From: Promethearchaeia archaeon
Lineage (GTDB): Archaea; Asgardarchaeota; Lokiarchaeia; Sigyniarchaeales; SOKP01
Direction of reading: 5' to 3'
Length of the DNA: 41,413 nucleotides
Assembly: GCA_029856105.1 (NCBI GenBank)
Contig: JAHQWH010000062.1
Coordinates: 1-41,413, forward strand
Shown: positions 19,001 through 28,100 of the stretch, one piece after another
Numbering within the stretch: position 1 is the first letter of the stretch
How the letters are laid out: every line of letters begins with the position of its first letter
Program-made: the position numbers and the translations under genes
Notes under the pieces: model-generated
What the model was told of the DNA's origin: nothing
Seen by the model: only the letters and a program-made list of their open reading frames with translations
Database searches by the model: none

Positions 19001-19210
19001 TTAATCCTTCTGAAATATGTGATGAAGAAATGTAAAGAAGAAAAATGCCGTGAAAACAATCAAAATAACACCTAGAGTTTCAACAAACTGATATTCAAGC
19101 CAATTAATAATTTTTCCAATTGAAAGAAATGTAAATGTAATAATAGATGCAATTAAAAAAACAATAGAAAATGCTAAGTTTATAAAAATTTCCTTTTGTC
19201 GTTCCTTCAT
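19001..19210 (-). CDS. Small 2-TM membrane protein (copy 1)
   Basis: 69 aa; shares IVFLIA, NWxEYQ and FFFFT with the adjacent paralog. Confidence 0.75.
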   Translation of the reverse strand: MKERQKEIFINLAFSIVFLIASIITFTFLSIGKIINWLEYQFVETLGVILIVFTAFFFFTFLHHIFQKD

Positions 19211-19401
19211 TATTAAGTTTAATCCTTGTTAAATATTTTAAGCTTTATATTATATTAAAAAGTTTCAGCTATGTTTTATTTGCGTGATTCAAAAAGTCGC
19301 AAAAAAAATCCGTTTAGATTTTAATCGTACCAATATTTTAGTCAATGTAATAGCCAACGCTATAATTAAATCAGTAAATAGTATAAAAATCTAATCGATT
19401 T

Positions 19402-19608
19402 TTATTTCCGAATAACATAATGAAAAATTGTGAAGAAAAAAAAGCCCGTAATAAAAATTAAGCTAACCATTATAGTTATAACAATTTGATACTCAACCCA
19501 ATTACTAAAGTTACCAGTGGCCAGAAACGTAACTGAGAAAATTGTTGCGATTAAAAAGACAATTAAAAGCGGTAGGGTTTTACATATTTCCTTAATTCGT
19601 TTATTCAT
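19402..19608 (-). CDS. Small 2-TM membrane protein (copy 2)
   Basis: 68 aa; paralog of 19001..19210. Confidence 0.75.
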   Translation of the reverse strand: MNKRIKEICKTLPLLIVFLIATIFSVTFLATGNFSNWVEYQIVITIMVSLIFITGFFFFTIFHYVIRK

Positions 19609-19666
19609 TATTTATATTAATCTTTGTTTGATATTTTAATATTTATATCGCATAAAGAACGCTTAG

Positions 19667-19861
19667 TTACATCTTATTTACAAATTTCAAAAAAGCTTTA
19701 ACAATTATGCGAAACTTTGGATCAAGTACTACAGATAAGTGATCTTTGCCTTGTATCTGAAAATGGCAAGCTCCAGGAATCAATTCTGCGATTAAAGTTT
19801 TGTTAGTCATCAATACATCGTCAGAACCTATGACGGATAACACTGGTACCTTACTATTTTT
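19667..19861 (-). pseudogene. C-terminal remnant of an alpha/beta-fold hydrolase
   Basis: Manual translation KVPVLSVIGSDDVLMTNKTLIAELIPGACHFQIQGKDHLSVVLDPKFRIIVKAFLKFVNKM* carries the acid (GSDD) and His (GKDH) motifs. An in-frame TAA lies at 19864-19862, so the N-terminal part and its start are missing. Confidence 0.8.
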
Positions 19862-19874
19862 TTATTTTAATTTC

Positions 19875-21476
19875 TCACCAAACATAATTTCCTATTAATT
19901 GCATTAGTATAGCTTGACCAAACACAATGATTAGTAATAATCCAAATTCAGATCTTGAGATTCGACCATTAGAATCATTCATATAAATAGCTACTGGAAT
20001 CAATAAAAAGGGATAGATAAATATTGCAGCTCGAGCAGTTTCACCATGATCATAAGCACCAAGAGCAAAAATAATCAATAGAGTTATTATAGCAGCAGAT
20101 ATTAAATGATATAATTGAGCAAAAGTATCATTTAATAACTTCTGGTTCTTTAAAGATTTAAATCCCTTGTAGAATAAAACTATCAATACTGGTCCGAAAA
20201 ACATTAAAATATCCATGATATCCTTGATTCGAGTGGTAAAATATTCAAACGGGTTGCTAATTAATTCCCAACCTTGAGTTGTTTCAGCAGCCATGGCTAT
20301 AATGAATGAATTAATGTAGTTGAATCCCAGTGTAAATAGAAGAATTCCATAGATTCCAATTATTCCCATGATCATTAATAATAAGCGCTGAGAGTCTTTA
20401 AGTATATATTTAATTCCTTCTTTCGAAAATAAGGAATTTCGTCTTAATAATCCCTTTCTCCTTAGATTGAATAGCTCATAAAAACATAGGCAACCAACAA
20501 TAAATAATGCCATGAAGGAAATGAACGATGCCAAAAAACCACAAATTATACAACCAATAACAGGTATAATCTTATTCTCGCGGAAATAGAAGTATATGAC
20601 CCCTATAATTAAAGTAGCAACAATGGCATATATATTCGCCAAGTAGTAAACTTGAACAGCAGGTAGCAAGAGATATAAGAATACCATGTACTTGGGAACC
20701 TCTCCTTCGAAAAATTTCTTGAAAATTCCGTTTAAAAAATAAGCAGAAAGCAAGGCTGAAATGACGCAGATAGCAATGGCAATAATTCCCGGAGAATTAA
20801 ATAAGATATATAATAGATATATGGTTAAAACTGCGCCCGGAGGGTGGGTTCTTGCATGTACAGTAAGAAAATCCTGGAGGGATTCAAAATCACTAATGAA
20901 AGATATTGGATTTACAATTTGAACCGCATCTGTATAAATTTCACCATTACCACCAATTGTACTGGCAATTCCAATATCCCACCCACTAATCAAGTTGGTG
21001 AAAATGATTAACAATGTTCCGAATAACACGATCATATATATATTTAGGCTTCTTGGCTTGCTCCTATAATAATATTGAATGACGATCACAAAACTGAGTA
21101 TAATGATAGCGAATAATAATAATTCAGAAACGCTGGGCAAGGAAAAAGTTCCCCAAAATGGCCAAATAGTTATTCCATTTCCTTCGAGAGGAGAGCTTTG
21201 TGAGCTATCAGGAGGAAGAATACCTCCTGGTGGAGAACTACCTGCCATGGGACCCCCCAATGGTGAGACCAATAATAGGATTAAATAGTATGCTCCAATT
21301 ATTCCAAACAATATAAAAGTCGTATAAATAAAGGATTTGATGTTATTACTTGAAAATATTTTTAAAATCTCATTTTTTTCGTGATTATCATTCTCTTTCT
21401 CCATTAAATCATGTTCAAATTCCCGATCATTTTTATTAACCATAAAATTTTTCACCGTTTCTTGAAAAAACATCAT
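19875..21476 (-). CDS. Polytopic membrane protein, probable GT-C superfamily glycosyltransferase (PMT/ArnT-like)
   Basis: 533 aa with about 12 TM segments; loop motif EIYTDA...HARTHPPG, plus LYLLLP and GETAR...YPFLL, as seen in GT-C-like proteins. Confidence 0.6.
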   Translation of the reverse strand: MMFFQETVKNFMVNKNDREFEHDLMEKENDNHEKNEILKIFSSNNIKSFIYTTFILFGIIGAYYLILLLVSPLGGPMAGSSPPGGILPPDSSQSSPLEGNGITIWPFWGTFSLPSVSELLLFAIIILSFVIVIQYYYRSKPRSLNIYMIVLFGTLLIIFTNLISGWDIGIASTIGGNGEIYTDAVQIVNPISFISDFESLQDFLTVHARTHPPGAVLTIYLLYILFNSPGIIAIAICVISALLSAYFLNGIFKKFFEGEVPKYMVFLYLLLPAVQVYYLANIYAIVATLIIGVIYFYFRENKIIPVIGCIICGFLASFISFMALFIVGCLCFYELFNLRRKGLLRRNSLFSKEGIKYILKDSQRLLLMIMGIIGIYGILLFTLGFNYINSFIIAMAAETTQGWELISNPFEYFTTRIKDIMDILMFFGPVLIVLFYKGFKSLKNQKLLNDTFAQLYHLISAAIITLLIIFALGAYDHGETARAAIFIYPFLLIPVAIYMNDSNGRISRSEFGLLLIIVFGQAILMQLIGNYVW

Positions 21477-21514
21477 TCAGTTTATGAAAATCAAGCAAAT
21501 TTAATTTTTAAATG

Positions 21515-21537
21515 CTTTTGGACCAATGGTCCCAAAG
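21515..21537. promoter_or_regulatory. Palindromic operator candidate between divergent genes
   Basis: CTTTTGGACCA-A-TGGTCCCAAAG: 11-bp arms with one mismatch, GC-rich in an AT-rich gap, upstream of a wHTH gene. Confidence 0.6.
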
Positions 21538-21594
21538 GTTTTTTTTAATCGTAAGATTATCTTTTTCAAGTGAAAGAATTTTCTTTCTTAGGAT

Positions 21595-21906
21595 TTGAGC
21601 ATGGTGCCATCTACACAGTATCGTTCTACCAATATTATTATTCAAACAATTTTGGAAGGGATACTGCGAGCGTTCAAGGACAAAAGTAATCCGAGAAATG
21701 GGATAATAAAATCACATTTAATCAAATATAGTGAATTAAAAACAAGCATAGCAGAGAAATATTTTAATAGAATGGAAAAGGCGGGTTATATATCATCACA
21801 TCAGGAACCTTGGGGAGAACGAGTGAAGATAATTTATGAAATTACCCAAAAGGGTCGAGAGAGATATGAGTGGTTTGTTAAAATTAATACAGAATTAGGA
21901 GGTTAA
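21595..21906 (+). CDS. Winged-helix transcriptional regulator (archaeal HTH_45/PadR-like)
   Basis: 103 aa; YRS...II..IL, IIKSHLIKYSEL...AEKYFNRMEKAGYI and YEITQKGRE. Confidence 0.85.
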   Translation: MSMVPSTQYRSTNIIIQTILEGILRAFKDKSNPRNGIIKSHLIKYSELKTSIAEKYFNRMEKAGYISSHQEPWGERVKIIYEITQKGRERYEWFVKINTELGG

Positions 21907-21914
21907 ACTTTAAA

Positions 21915-22574
21915 ATGACAGAATTACCTAATAAAAATAAAAAACTATTCAGAGAAGAAAACAACTCTTTGGATAGATTCTCGAAAATTGAGAAAGGAGG
22001 ATTGAATTACATTAAAAATGAGCGAAATTATTTGATAATGAGCGCATTTATTCCTATTTTTATAATTATTGTCCAATGTATTAATTTGGGATATGTTTTT
22101 AGAGCACCCCCAGTTAATCCCTTAGATCCTCGGCCACCTGTCAATCCAATTAATGTTCTTGCACCTATTATTATTTTATTTGTCGTCTCTTTCTTTGCTT
22201 TAGTTAATTTTAGATATTTACTTAGTTGGAAACGAAAGGTAAAATCATATGAAGGAAAAGCTCCCGGTAAACAGAAAACATTAACATCCTTATTTTATGA
22301 TATTGTTAAAAACATGGAGACCGTTAGAGTTATCTTCATTATAGTTAATATCATCAGCATATACTATTTCATATGGTTCATTCTCTGGGCTTTGAGTATA
22401 ACGGATCCGCATAATCCACCACCACCACTTCATGTTAATTTATTAAATATATTATCACAAGGGGGGCTAATAATATACTTAATTATAGAATGGAGACACT
22501 TCTATCAATGGAATAGAAAATTGAGCAAATTAAAAAAGTTTGAAAGAGAAATCTATAAAGAATTTAATTTCTAA
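21915..22574 (+). CDS. 4-TM membrane protein with Pro-rich loops
   Basis: 219 aa; two TM hairpins, each with a Pro-rich loop (PPVNPLDPRPPVNP; DPHNPPPP) and followed by WxRK; 8 bp after the regulator. Confidence 0.75.
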   Translation: MTELPNKNKKLFREENNSLDRFSKIEKGGLNYIKNERNYLIMSAFIPIFIIIVQCINLGYVFRAPPVNPLDPRPPVNPINVLAPIIILFVVSFFALVNFRYLLSWKRKVKSYEGKAPGKQKTLTSLFYDIVKNMETVRVIFIIVNIISIYYFIWFILWALSITDPHNPPPPLHVNLLNILSQGGLIIYLIIEWRHFYQWNRKLSKLKKFEREIYKEFNF

Positions 22575-22617
22575 AGTATATCGGAGGTTTTTTTTTACCA
22601 ATTAAATAAATATATGA

Positions 22618-22725
22618 TTAGATCAATGTATTTATTACTAGAAAAATAATCGCATAGATAACAGCGATTAAAAAGACAATTAAAAGCGGTAGAGTTTTAT
22701 ATATTTCCTTAATTCGTTTATTCAT
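22618..22725 (-). pseudogene. Truncated third copy of the small 2-TM protein gene (35 aa)
   Basis: MNKRIKEIYKTLPLLIVFLIAVIYAIIFLVINTLI* vs copy 2 MNKRIKEICKTLPLLIVFLIATIFSVTFL. Confidence 0.75.
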
Positions 22726-22796
22726 TACTTATATTAATCTTGTTTGATATTTTAATATTTTTATCGCATAAAGAACGCTTAGTTATATCTTATTTA
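22664..22796 (+). repeat. ~133-bp direct repeat of 19547..19680
   Basis: By-eye alignment gives about 5 substitutions and 1 indel; it covers the start and upstream region of the small TM gene. Confidence 0.9.
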
Positions 22797-22914
22797 TATA
22801 AAATCGCGAGTTTGAAAATTTCAATTTTCGAAGTTTAAAATTACTCATTTTATTTAAATAAGTTAATTTCTTCTTTTAATTTAGATTACAACAGAAGAAA
22901 GGTAATTACTTCTT

Positions 22915-23385
22915 ATGATTGAGAAGGAATCTAAACAAAAGCAGAAAAATGCAATTATTATGGTGATAGGGATAATTTTCTCATTTCTTGGAATTTCAAT
23001 TATGAGTATCCCGTTCCCAAATACAGTTGCGATTGAGAATTTAGGCCAATTTGGTATAGCAAAAGGTGTAACATATCCCATACACTTTACTTATCCAATG
23101 TTTTCAAATAATCAAAAACTGACTATTAGTCTAGGGACAGTTAACAGTTCTTTTTCAATATTAGTACTTAATGATAACGACTACGGAGCTTGGATTAATG
23201 AACAAGGAGGATATCTCCCATGTTACGCGGAGCAGAATATTAGCGGAGTCTATAAAACCCTTTATCTAAATCAACCTTTTATTGGTGATATAAATATTAT
23301 TGTAACTGCTGAAACTTTATTAGAAATATATGGAACAATTCAAATGTCATCTTACAATATTATAATTATAGAGAATAAAAGGTGA
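22915..23385 (+). CDS. Hypothetical protein with N-terminal TM anchor and small beta-rich ectodomain
   Basis: 156 aa; AIIMVIGIIFSFLGISIMSI TM; LVLNDNDYGAW segment. Confidence 0.65.
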   Translation: MIEKESKQKQKNAIIMVIGIIFSFLGISIMSIPFPNTVAIENLGQFGIAKGVTYPIHFTYPMFSNNQKLTISLGTVNSSFSILVLNDNDYGAWINEQGGYLPCYAEQNISGVYKTLYLNQPFIGDINIIVTAETLLEIYGTIQMSSYNIIIIENKR

Positions 23386-23612
23386 TAAAAAAAAAAGTGT
23401 TAAAATGTGAAAAATGTGGAATGTACCACGCGTTATATCACGATTGTAATCAGAATTCGATAAGTCATGGAGTAGTATTTCAAGACGACCGAAAATGTTA
23501 CGATTGGAATTGTTTTTTAACGAAAGCTTCAAGTATTTACAAGATTGAAGAAAGAATCTTAGATAGTTATTTTAATAATTCAAAAGTTAACTCGTTATTC
23601 GCTTATGAATAA
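23382..23612 (+). CDS. Small Cys/His-rich protein (putative Zn-binding)
   Basis: CEKC..YH...HDC...CYDWNC; the GTG start overlaps the upstream TGA (GTGA), suggesting translational coupling. Confidence 0.5.
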   Translation: MIKKKVLKCEKCGMYHALYHDCNQNSISHGVVFQDDRKCYDWNCFLTKASSIYKIEERILDSYFNNSKVNSLFAYE

Positions 23613-23724
23613 ACGCGTTTGAAAGTTTTTATTATTTCCTTTTTTTTATAACTTAATTAAAGAATTTTCATCTTTCAATTAAAAATAGATAATTTCTTAT
23701 ACATTTATTTTAATACTAGTCATT

Positions 23725-24624
23725 ATGCTTAGAGAAGTATCTGATTCAGATATCGCTATAATTGGACATTTTGCTAAGGATATCATAGAGATTGATGGAG
23801 TGAGCAAATCAGCGTTTGGAGGGTCGGTATTCTACGGTGGAATCGCTGGAAGTCAATTGGGTTTAAAAGTAGCGATTATTACGCGTTTAAAAAGCGAAGA
23901 TTTCCCAGATTTAGATATTTTTGATAAAAACAATATTAAATACTTTGCGAATCCCGCGAAAGAAACATCAGGGATTAAAAATATATATTTATCGCAAAAT
24001 ATGGAATTTAGAAGTTACGAACCTTTAGGTTTTGCAGGTGCATTTACTAAAGAAGAGATTCCTGAAATTGATACGAAATGTTTCGTTATAGGTCCGATTC
24101 TCGCGGGCGAAATCGACTTAGAACTGTTAGAATATTTGTCTAAAATGTATAGTGGTAAATTAGGTCTTGATATACAAGGATTTATCCGAAGTTTAAAAGA
24201 TAATAAAATAGAATATTACGATTTAACCGAAAAAGAAAAGGTTGAGATAATATCTAAAGTAAATTACTTAAAACTCGACACCGCCGAAGCGAAAGTCCTT
24301 ACAAACATATCTTCAGTACCAAAAGCAGCAAAATTATTAAATGAATTAGGTCCGAAAGAAGTTCTTATTACACACGAAAAAGGAGTCAATGTAAGCGTTA
24401 ATCGCAATTCTTACTTTTTTCCTTGGAAAAATAAAGGGAGCATAGGAAGGACGGGGAGAGGCGACACGGCGTTTATCAGCTATCTGGGTTCCCGAATAAC
24501 TAAAAATCCTGAGGAATCCTTGAGATTCTGCGCAGCTTTAACTTCTCTTAAAATGGAATCAATGGGGCCATTTTCTCTGCCTTTATCTCGTGTTGAAAAA
24601 CTTATAAAAGAAGAATACTCGTAA
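23725..24624 (+). CDS. PfkB/ribokinase-family carbohydrate kinase
   Basis: IGHFAKD, FGGSVFYGG, LDIQG and the anion-hole motif GRTGRGDTAF. Confidence 0.9.
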   Translation: MLREVSDSDIAIIGHFAKDIIEIDGVSKSAFGGSVFYGGIAGSQLGLKVAIITRLKSEDFPDLDIFDKNNIKYFANPAKETSGIKNIYLSQNMEFRSYEPLGFAGAFTKEEIPEIDTKCFVIGPILAGEIDLELLEYLSKMYSGKLGLDIQGFIRSLKDNKIEYYDLTEKEKVEIISKVNYLKLDTAEAKVLTNISSVPKAAKLLNELGPKEVLITHEKGVNVSVNRNSYFFPWKNKGSIGRTGRGDTAFISYLGSRITKNPEESLRFCAALTSLKMESMGPFSLPLSRVEKLIKEEYS

Positions 24625-24673
24625 ATCTATTGAATCTTATAAAAAAGAAGAATTTCAAAAGTTGAAATTTAAT

Positions 24674-25903
24674 TTATTTGCCCCACATTCTTATCATTTC
24701 TCTTGAAATGAGATATTTCATAATCTCTACAGTACCCGCTGAGATTTGTCCAATTTTTGCATCCCGGTAATAACGTTCTAGAGGATATTCTTCACTATAT
24801 CCAAGTCCGCCAACGACTTGAATTGCATCTTGAGTTATTCTTACCATAGCGTCTGCAATCCGAGCTTTAACAGCTGCTACCAACGCTCTACAATTATGGC
24901 CGTCGTCAAGCATTCTAGCAATTTGTGCTATTGCCATCCTATTCAGTTCTATATCCATAAACATTTCACTGAGTTTGAAAGAAATACCCTCAAAAGAGTA
25001 AATGGGTTTCTTAAATTGTACTCGTTTATGGGCATATTTATAAGAAACTTCGAAGGCGCTTCTTGCAAGCCCAAGGTATTGAGAAGCAGTAAAAGTTCTT
25101 TCACCGTCAAGACCATAAAGTAATACTTCCAAGCCTTCGTTCTCCCTATGAAGCACATTTTCAGCTGATACTTTGCAGTTATTAAAACGCAAGTAAGAAT
25201 TAGGCATCCCTCTGCGCCCCATGTGTTTGTAATCTTTAACCACTTCAAAACCAAGAGTGTCCGTTTCGAATATAAACGCAGTTATTCCTTGATGTGCTTT
25301 AACCTGATCGTTTGTTTTAGCGTATAAACAAATATAATCCGCTACACTACCGTTTGTTATGAAACATTTCTCGCCGTTGAGAACGTAATAATCACCTTCT
25401 CTTTTTGCTTTTAATCTCATGCCCCCAATTGCGTCAGATCCTCCCGTTGGTTCCGTTATACCAATAGCACCTATTTTTGTTCCATCAGCTATTCCCGTGA
25501 GGTACTTCTCTTTTTGCTCTTGAGTTCCGAATTCTATAATCGGTCCAGCGAATAAACAAGATGAAGCGCCAAAGATACTTGCTAAAGCGTAGCTAAAAGC
25601 TGAAAGTTCTTCACCAAAGATTGTTCGATATAAAACACCTTTCCCAAGACCACCAACTTCTTTTGGGATTATAATATTCAAGTAAGGTTTCATTTTGCGT
25701 AATACTTCTACTGCTAATTCTTTATTCCTCTCTCTATCTATCTTTTCAACAACTGGTTCAACATGTTTTTTACACCATTCTCGAACTTCCATTCGAAATT
25801 CGTTTTCTTCCTTAGTATAGAAGTGCATTCTATCTGGCATACACGAATATCCGTATTCAAAATTCAAATCCTCAAAATTAATTTGTCCTTCCAAATTTAT
25901 CAC
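24674..25903 (-). CDS. Acyl-CoA dehydrogenase (isovaleryl-CoA dehydrogenase-type active site)
   Basis: ITEPTGGSD, LNGEKCFITNG, RVQFKKPI, GGLGYSEEYPLERYYRDAK. ISAGT replaces IYEGT, and GLDGER supplies the IVD/LCAD-type catalytic Glu. Confidence 0.92.
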   Translation of the reverse strand: MINLEGQINFEDLNFEYGYSCMPDRMHFYTKEENEFRMEVREWCKKHVEPVVEKIDRERNKELAVEVLRKMKPYLNIIIPKEVGGLGKGVLYRTIFGEELSAFSYALASIFGASSCLFAGPIIEFGTQEQKEKYLTGIADGTKIGAIGITEPTGGSDAIGGMRLKAKREGDYYVLNGEKCFITNGSVADYICLYAKTNDQVKAHQGITAFIFETDTLGFEVVKDYKHMGRRGMPNSYLRFNNCKVSAENVLHRENEGLEVLLYGLDGERTFTASQYLGLARSAFEVSYKYAHKRVQFKKPIYSFEGISFKLSEMFMDIELNRMAIAQIARMLDDGHNCRALVAAVKARIADAMVRITQDAIQVVGGLGYSEEYPLERYYRDAKIGQISAGTVEIMKYLISREMIRMWGK

Positions 25904-26020
25904 ATTTAGATTTTATTAATATAATACCTAATAACATCTAAAATAAAAGATTATTTTTTAAATTTGATGAATATTTTAAAAAAACATACTTCTAAATAAT
26001 AATTGAATTAAAACAACAAA

Positions 26021-26800
26021 TTGGTAGTTATCAAAAAAATTATGAAAGTCGGTGGAATTATCGATATATCAACTAAAGACATCCCAAACAAATCTACAAT
26101 GGTGATTTTCACCGTAGGTTGTAATTTAAACTGTGGGTTTTGTCATAATAAGTATTTATTGCTTGAAAGCGTAGGAAAAGATATGGAAGTTTCAGAATTG
26201 CTGGAACAAATAAAGAGTAATATGTTGGTAAGTGGAGTTAGCATTACAGGTGGAGAACCTACGCTTCAAAAAGATTTACTAAAATTGTGCAAAGAAATAA
26301 AAAAAATTGGAAAATACATCAGTATAGATACCAACGGAACGAATCCCCAAATTATTTCTGAATTATTACCACATATCAACAGAATAGCTTTAGATCTGAA
26401 AGGACCGCTAAACAAGAAAAGATTAACGAAAATTACGGGAAATCTAATGGATCCTAATCTTATAATTGAGACTTTTAATCTCGTTAATAAACGCGAGGGT
26501 ATTGATTTTGAAGTAAGGACCACCTATGTCGAAAATTTAATGAAACCAAATGACATCGATAAAATAATTTCGTTTCTGAGAAAAAATGAGTTTAGAGGAA
26601 ACTTTGTGTTGCAACAATATCAATATTCTGAAGGGGTTGGTGATGAATATAAAGAAAAGTTTCAAAAACCAGAGCATATTATATTACTCAACATTTTAAA
26701 GCCTTATAGAAATTTGGATTTACCTTTTCAAATTTATTTAAGAGACGATGTTATGGGTTATTGTATTATAGATAAATTATACGACTATCTTGATGAATAA
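26021..26800 (+). CDS. Radical SAM glycyl-radical enzyme activase (NrdG-like anaerobic ribonucleotide reductase activating protein)
   Basis: FTVGCNLNCGFCHN (CxxxCxxC), ITGGEPTLQ, IDTNG, ALDLKG, FEVRTT and LQQY; the true start may be ATG 26042. Confidence 0.85.
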   Translation: MVVIKKIMKVGGIIDISTKDIPNKSTMVIFTVGCNLNCGFCHNKYLLLESVGKDMEVSELLEQIKSNMLVSGVSITGGEPTLQKDLLKLCKEIKKIGKYISIDTNGTNPQIISELLPHINRIALDLKGPLNKKRLTKITGNLMDPNLIIETFNLVNKREGIDFEVRTTYVENLMKPNDIDKIISFLRKNEFRGNFVLQQYQYSEGVGDEYKEKFQKPEHIILLNILKPYRNLDLPFQIYLRDDVMGYCIIDKLYDYLDE

Positions 26801-27933
26801 TGGACGAAGAAAAGATAATAGCAGAGGTACAATCTTGTATTGATTGTATGATATGTTTGGATGTGTGCGATACTTTCGTAGTTACTCAGAACGAAGTTCT
26901 ATCTCCAAATGGGAGGTTAAAGATCGTTGATAAAATATTTAACAATCAGAACATTACTCAAGAGGAGATTAAGAGCATCTACACTTGCACGCTATGTGGA
27001 TTGTGCGATCTTACTTGCCAACAAAGCATTCACATTGCTGACGCAATCCACGCTTCTAAAATAAAACTAGTAGAAATGGGTTTAGGTCCTCTTGAAAATC
27101 ATAACAAAATAATAAAAAATATAGAAGAACAAGATAATTCCGTTAATGGTAAGCGAGAAGAAAGACTAAACTGGATGCCAGAAAAGTATAAAGAGTCTGA
27201 AACTTTTGAAACAGGAAGTTCGGATACACTGTTATTCTTAGGTTGCATGTCATCGTTTCGAGTAAAGGAAAGCGCAAGTGCTTCTTACGAGCTTTTAAAA
27301 GAAGGTAATTTCGATTTTAAGATATTTGAAAAGGAGCCTTGTTGTGGAGAATACGTTTATTCCGCGGGTAAATTAGACTTTGCTAAGAAAATCTTTAATG
27401 AAAATTTTGAGCTCTTCAAACAACACGGAATTAAAAACATTATTACTACATGTGGTGGATGTTTTTACGCGTTTAATAACTTATATCCAAAATACATTCA
27501 AGATTACGATATTCCAGTTAAGCACGTCATTCAAGTTATTCACGAATTAAAAAAAAATGGCAAATTGAAATTTCGGCAATCTAACGATACAGTTACTTAC
27601 CATGATTCTTGTAGGACAGGAAGAAAAATTAAAAACATTGATGTTTACGACGAACCCCGAGAACTCTTAAATCTATGTGCTACAGTTAACGAGCTCAAGG
27701 CAAATAGAGAATTAACTGCGTGTTGTGGGGCTGGTTCTGGAATTAGAGGGGTTGATAGTAGTTTATCTATTAAAATTGGTAAGAAAATTTTTGACGAATT
27801 AGAAACTCAAGATATAATTACATCGTGTCCCTTATGCGTGTTCAATTATAGATACGTAAATTATAAAACGCAATCTCAAATTAAAACTAAATATATAACA
27901 GATTATCTCTTGAATGCTCTTGAAGAGTCGTAA
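26800..27933 (+). CDS. Fe-S oxidoreductase, GlpC/HdrD-like (2x[4Fe-4S] + two CCG domains)
   Basis: CIDCMICLDVC, CTLCGLCDLTC, FLGC, EPCCG, TTCGGC, YHDSC, CCGAG and TSCPLC; 1-bp overlap with the activase gene. Confidence 0.92.
   Translation: MDEEKIIAEVQSCIDCMICLDVCDTFVVTQNEVLSPNGRLKIVDKIFNNQNITQEEIKSIYTCTLCGLCDLTCQQSIHIADAIHASKIKLVEMGLGPLENHNKIIKNIEEQDNSVNGKREERLNWMPEKYKESETFETGSSDTLLFLGCMSSFRVKESASASYELLKEGNFDFKIFEKEPCCGEYVYSAGKLDFAKKIFNENFELFKQHGIKNIITTCGGCFYAFNNLYPKYIQDYDIPVKHVIQVIHELKKNGKLKFRQSNDTVTYHDSCRTGRKIKNIDVYDEPRELLNLCATVNELKANRELTACCGAGSGIRGVDSSLSIKIGKKIFDELETQDIITSCPLCVFNYRYVNYKTQSQIKTKYITDYLLNALEES
27793..27933 (+). repeat. 3' end of the Fe-S oxidoreductase gene, duplicated at 30622..30762
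   Basis: Both copies are 141 bp ending at a stop codon; 38/46 aa identical (DELETQDIIxSCPLCVFNYRYVNYKTQS...). Confidence 0.92.
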
Positions 27934-28100
27934 ATTTTAAAAAAAAAAAGAAAATCCTAATCGTAAAAGTCTATAAAATAAATATTTATACTCACTAAAT
28001 CGAATTTGCTTATTCAAGACTTAGAAAAAAAAAAGCATAAATAGAATAACAATCTAAATATAATTTAGTCAATTGTCAATTAAAACTAAATTGAGGGTAA

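Larger units (their letters stand above)
18896..19696. repeat. Diverged tandem duplication, two ~400-bp units (18896-19296 and 19311-19696)
   Basis: Each unit = 3' end of the amidohydrolase gene (TTAGTCAAyGyAATAGCCAACGCTATAATTAAATCA) + small 2-TM gene + its upstream region + last codons of an alpha/beta hydrolase (DFLNHANKT* vs AFLKFVNKM*). Confidence 0.85.

Noticed and set aside
18896-22796. CRISPR array, integron cassette array or IS element as the source of the repeats
   Set aside because: The repeats are long gene-derived segments, not regularly spaced short repeats or attC-like sites; no integrase, transposase or terminal inverted repeats were found.
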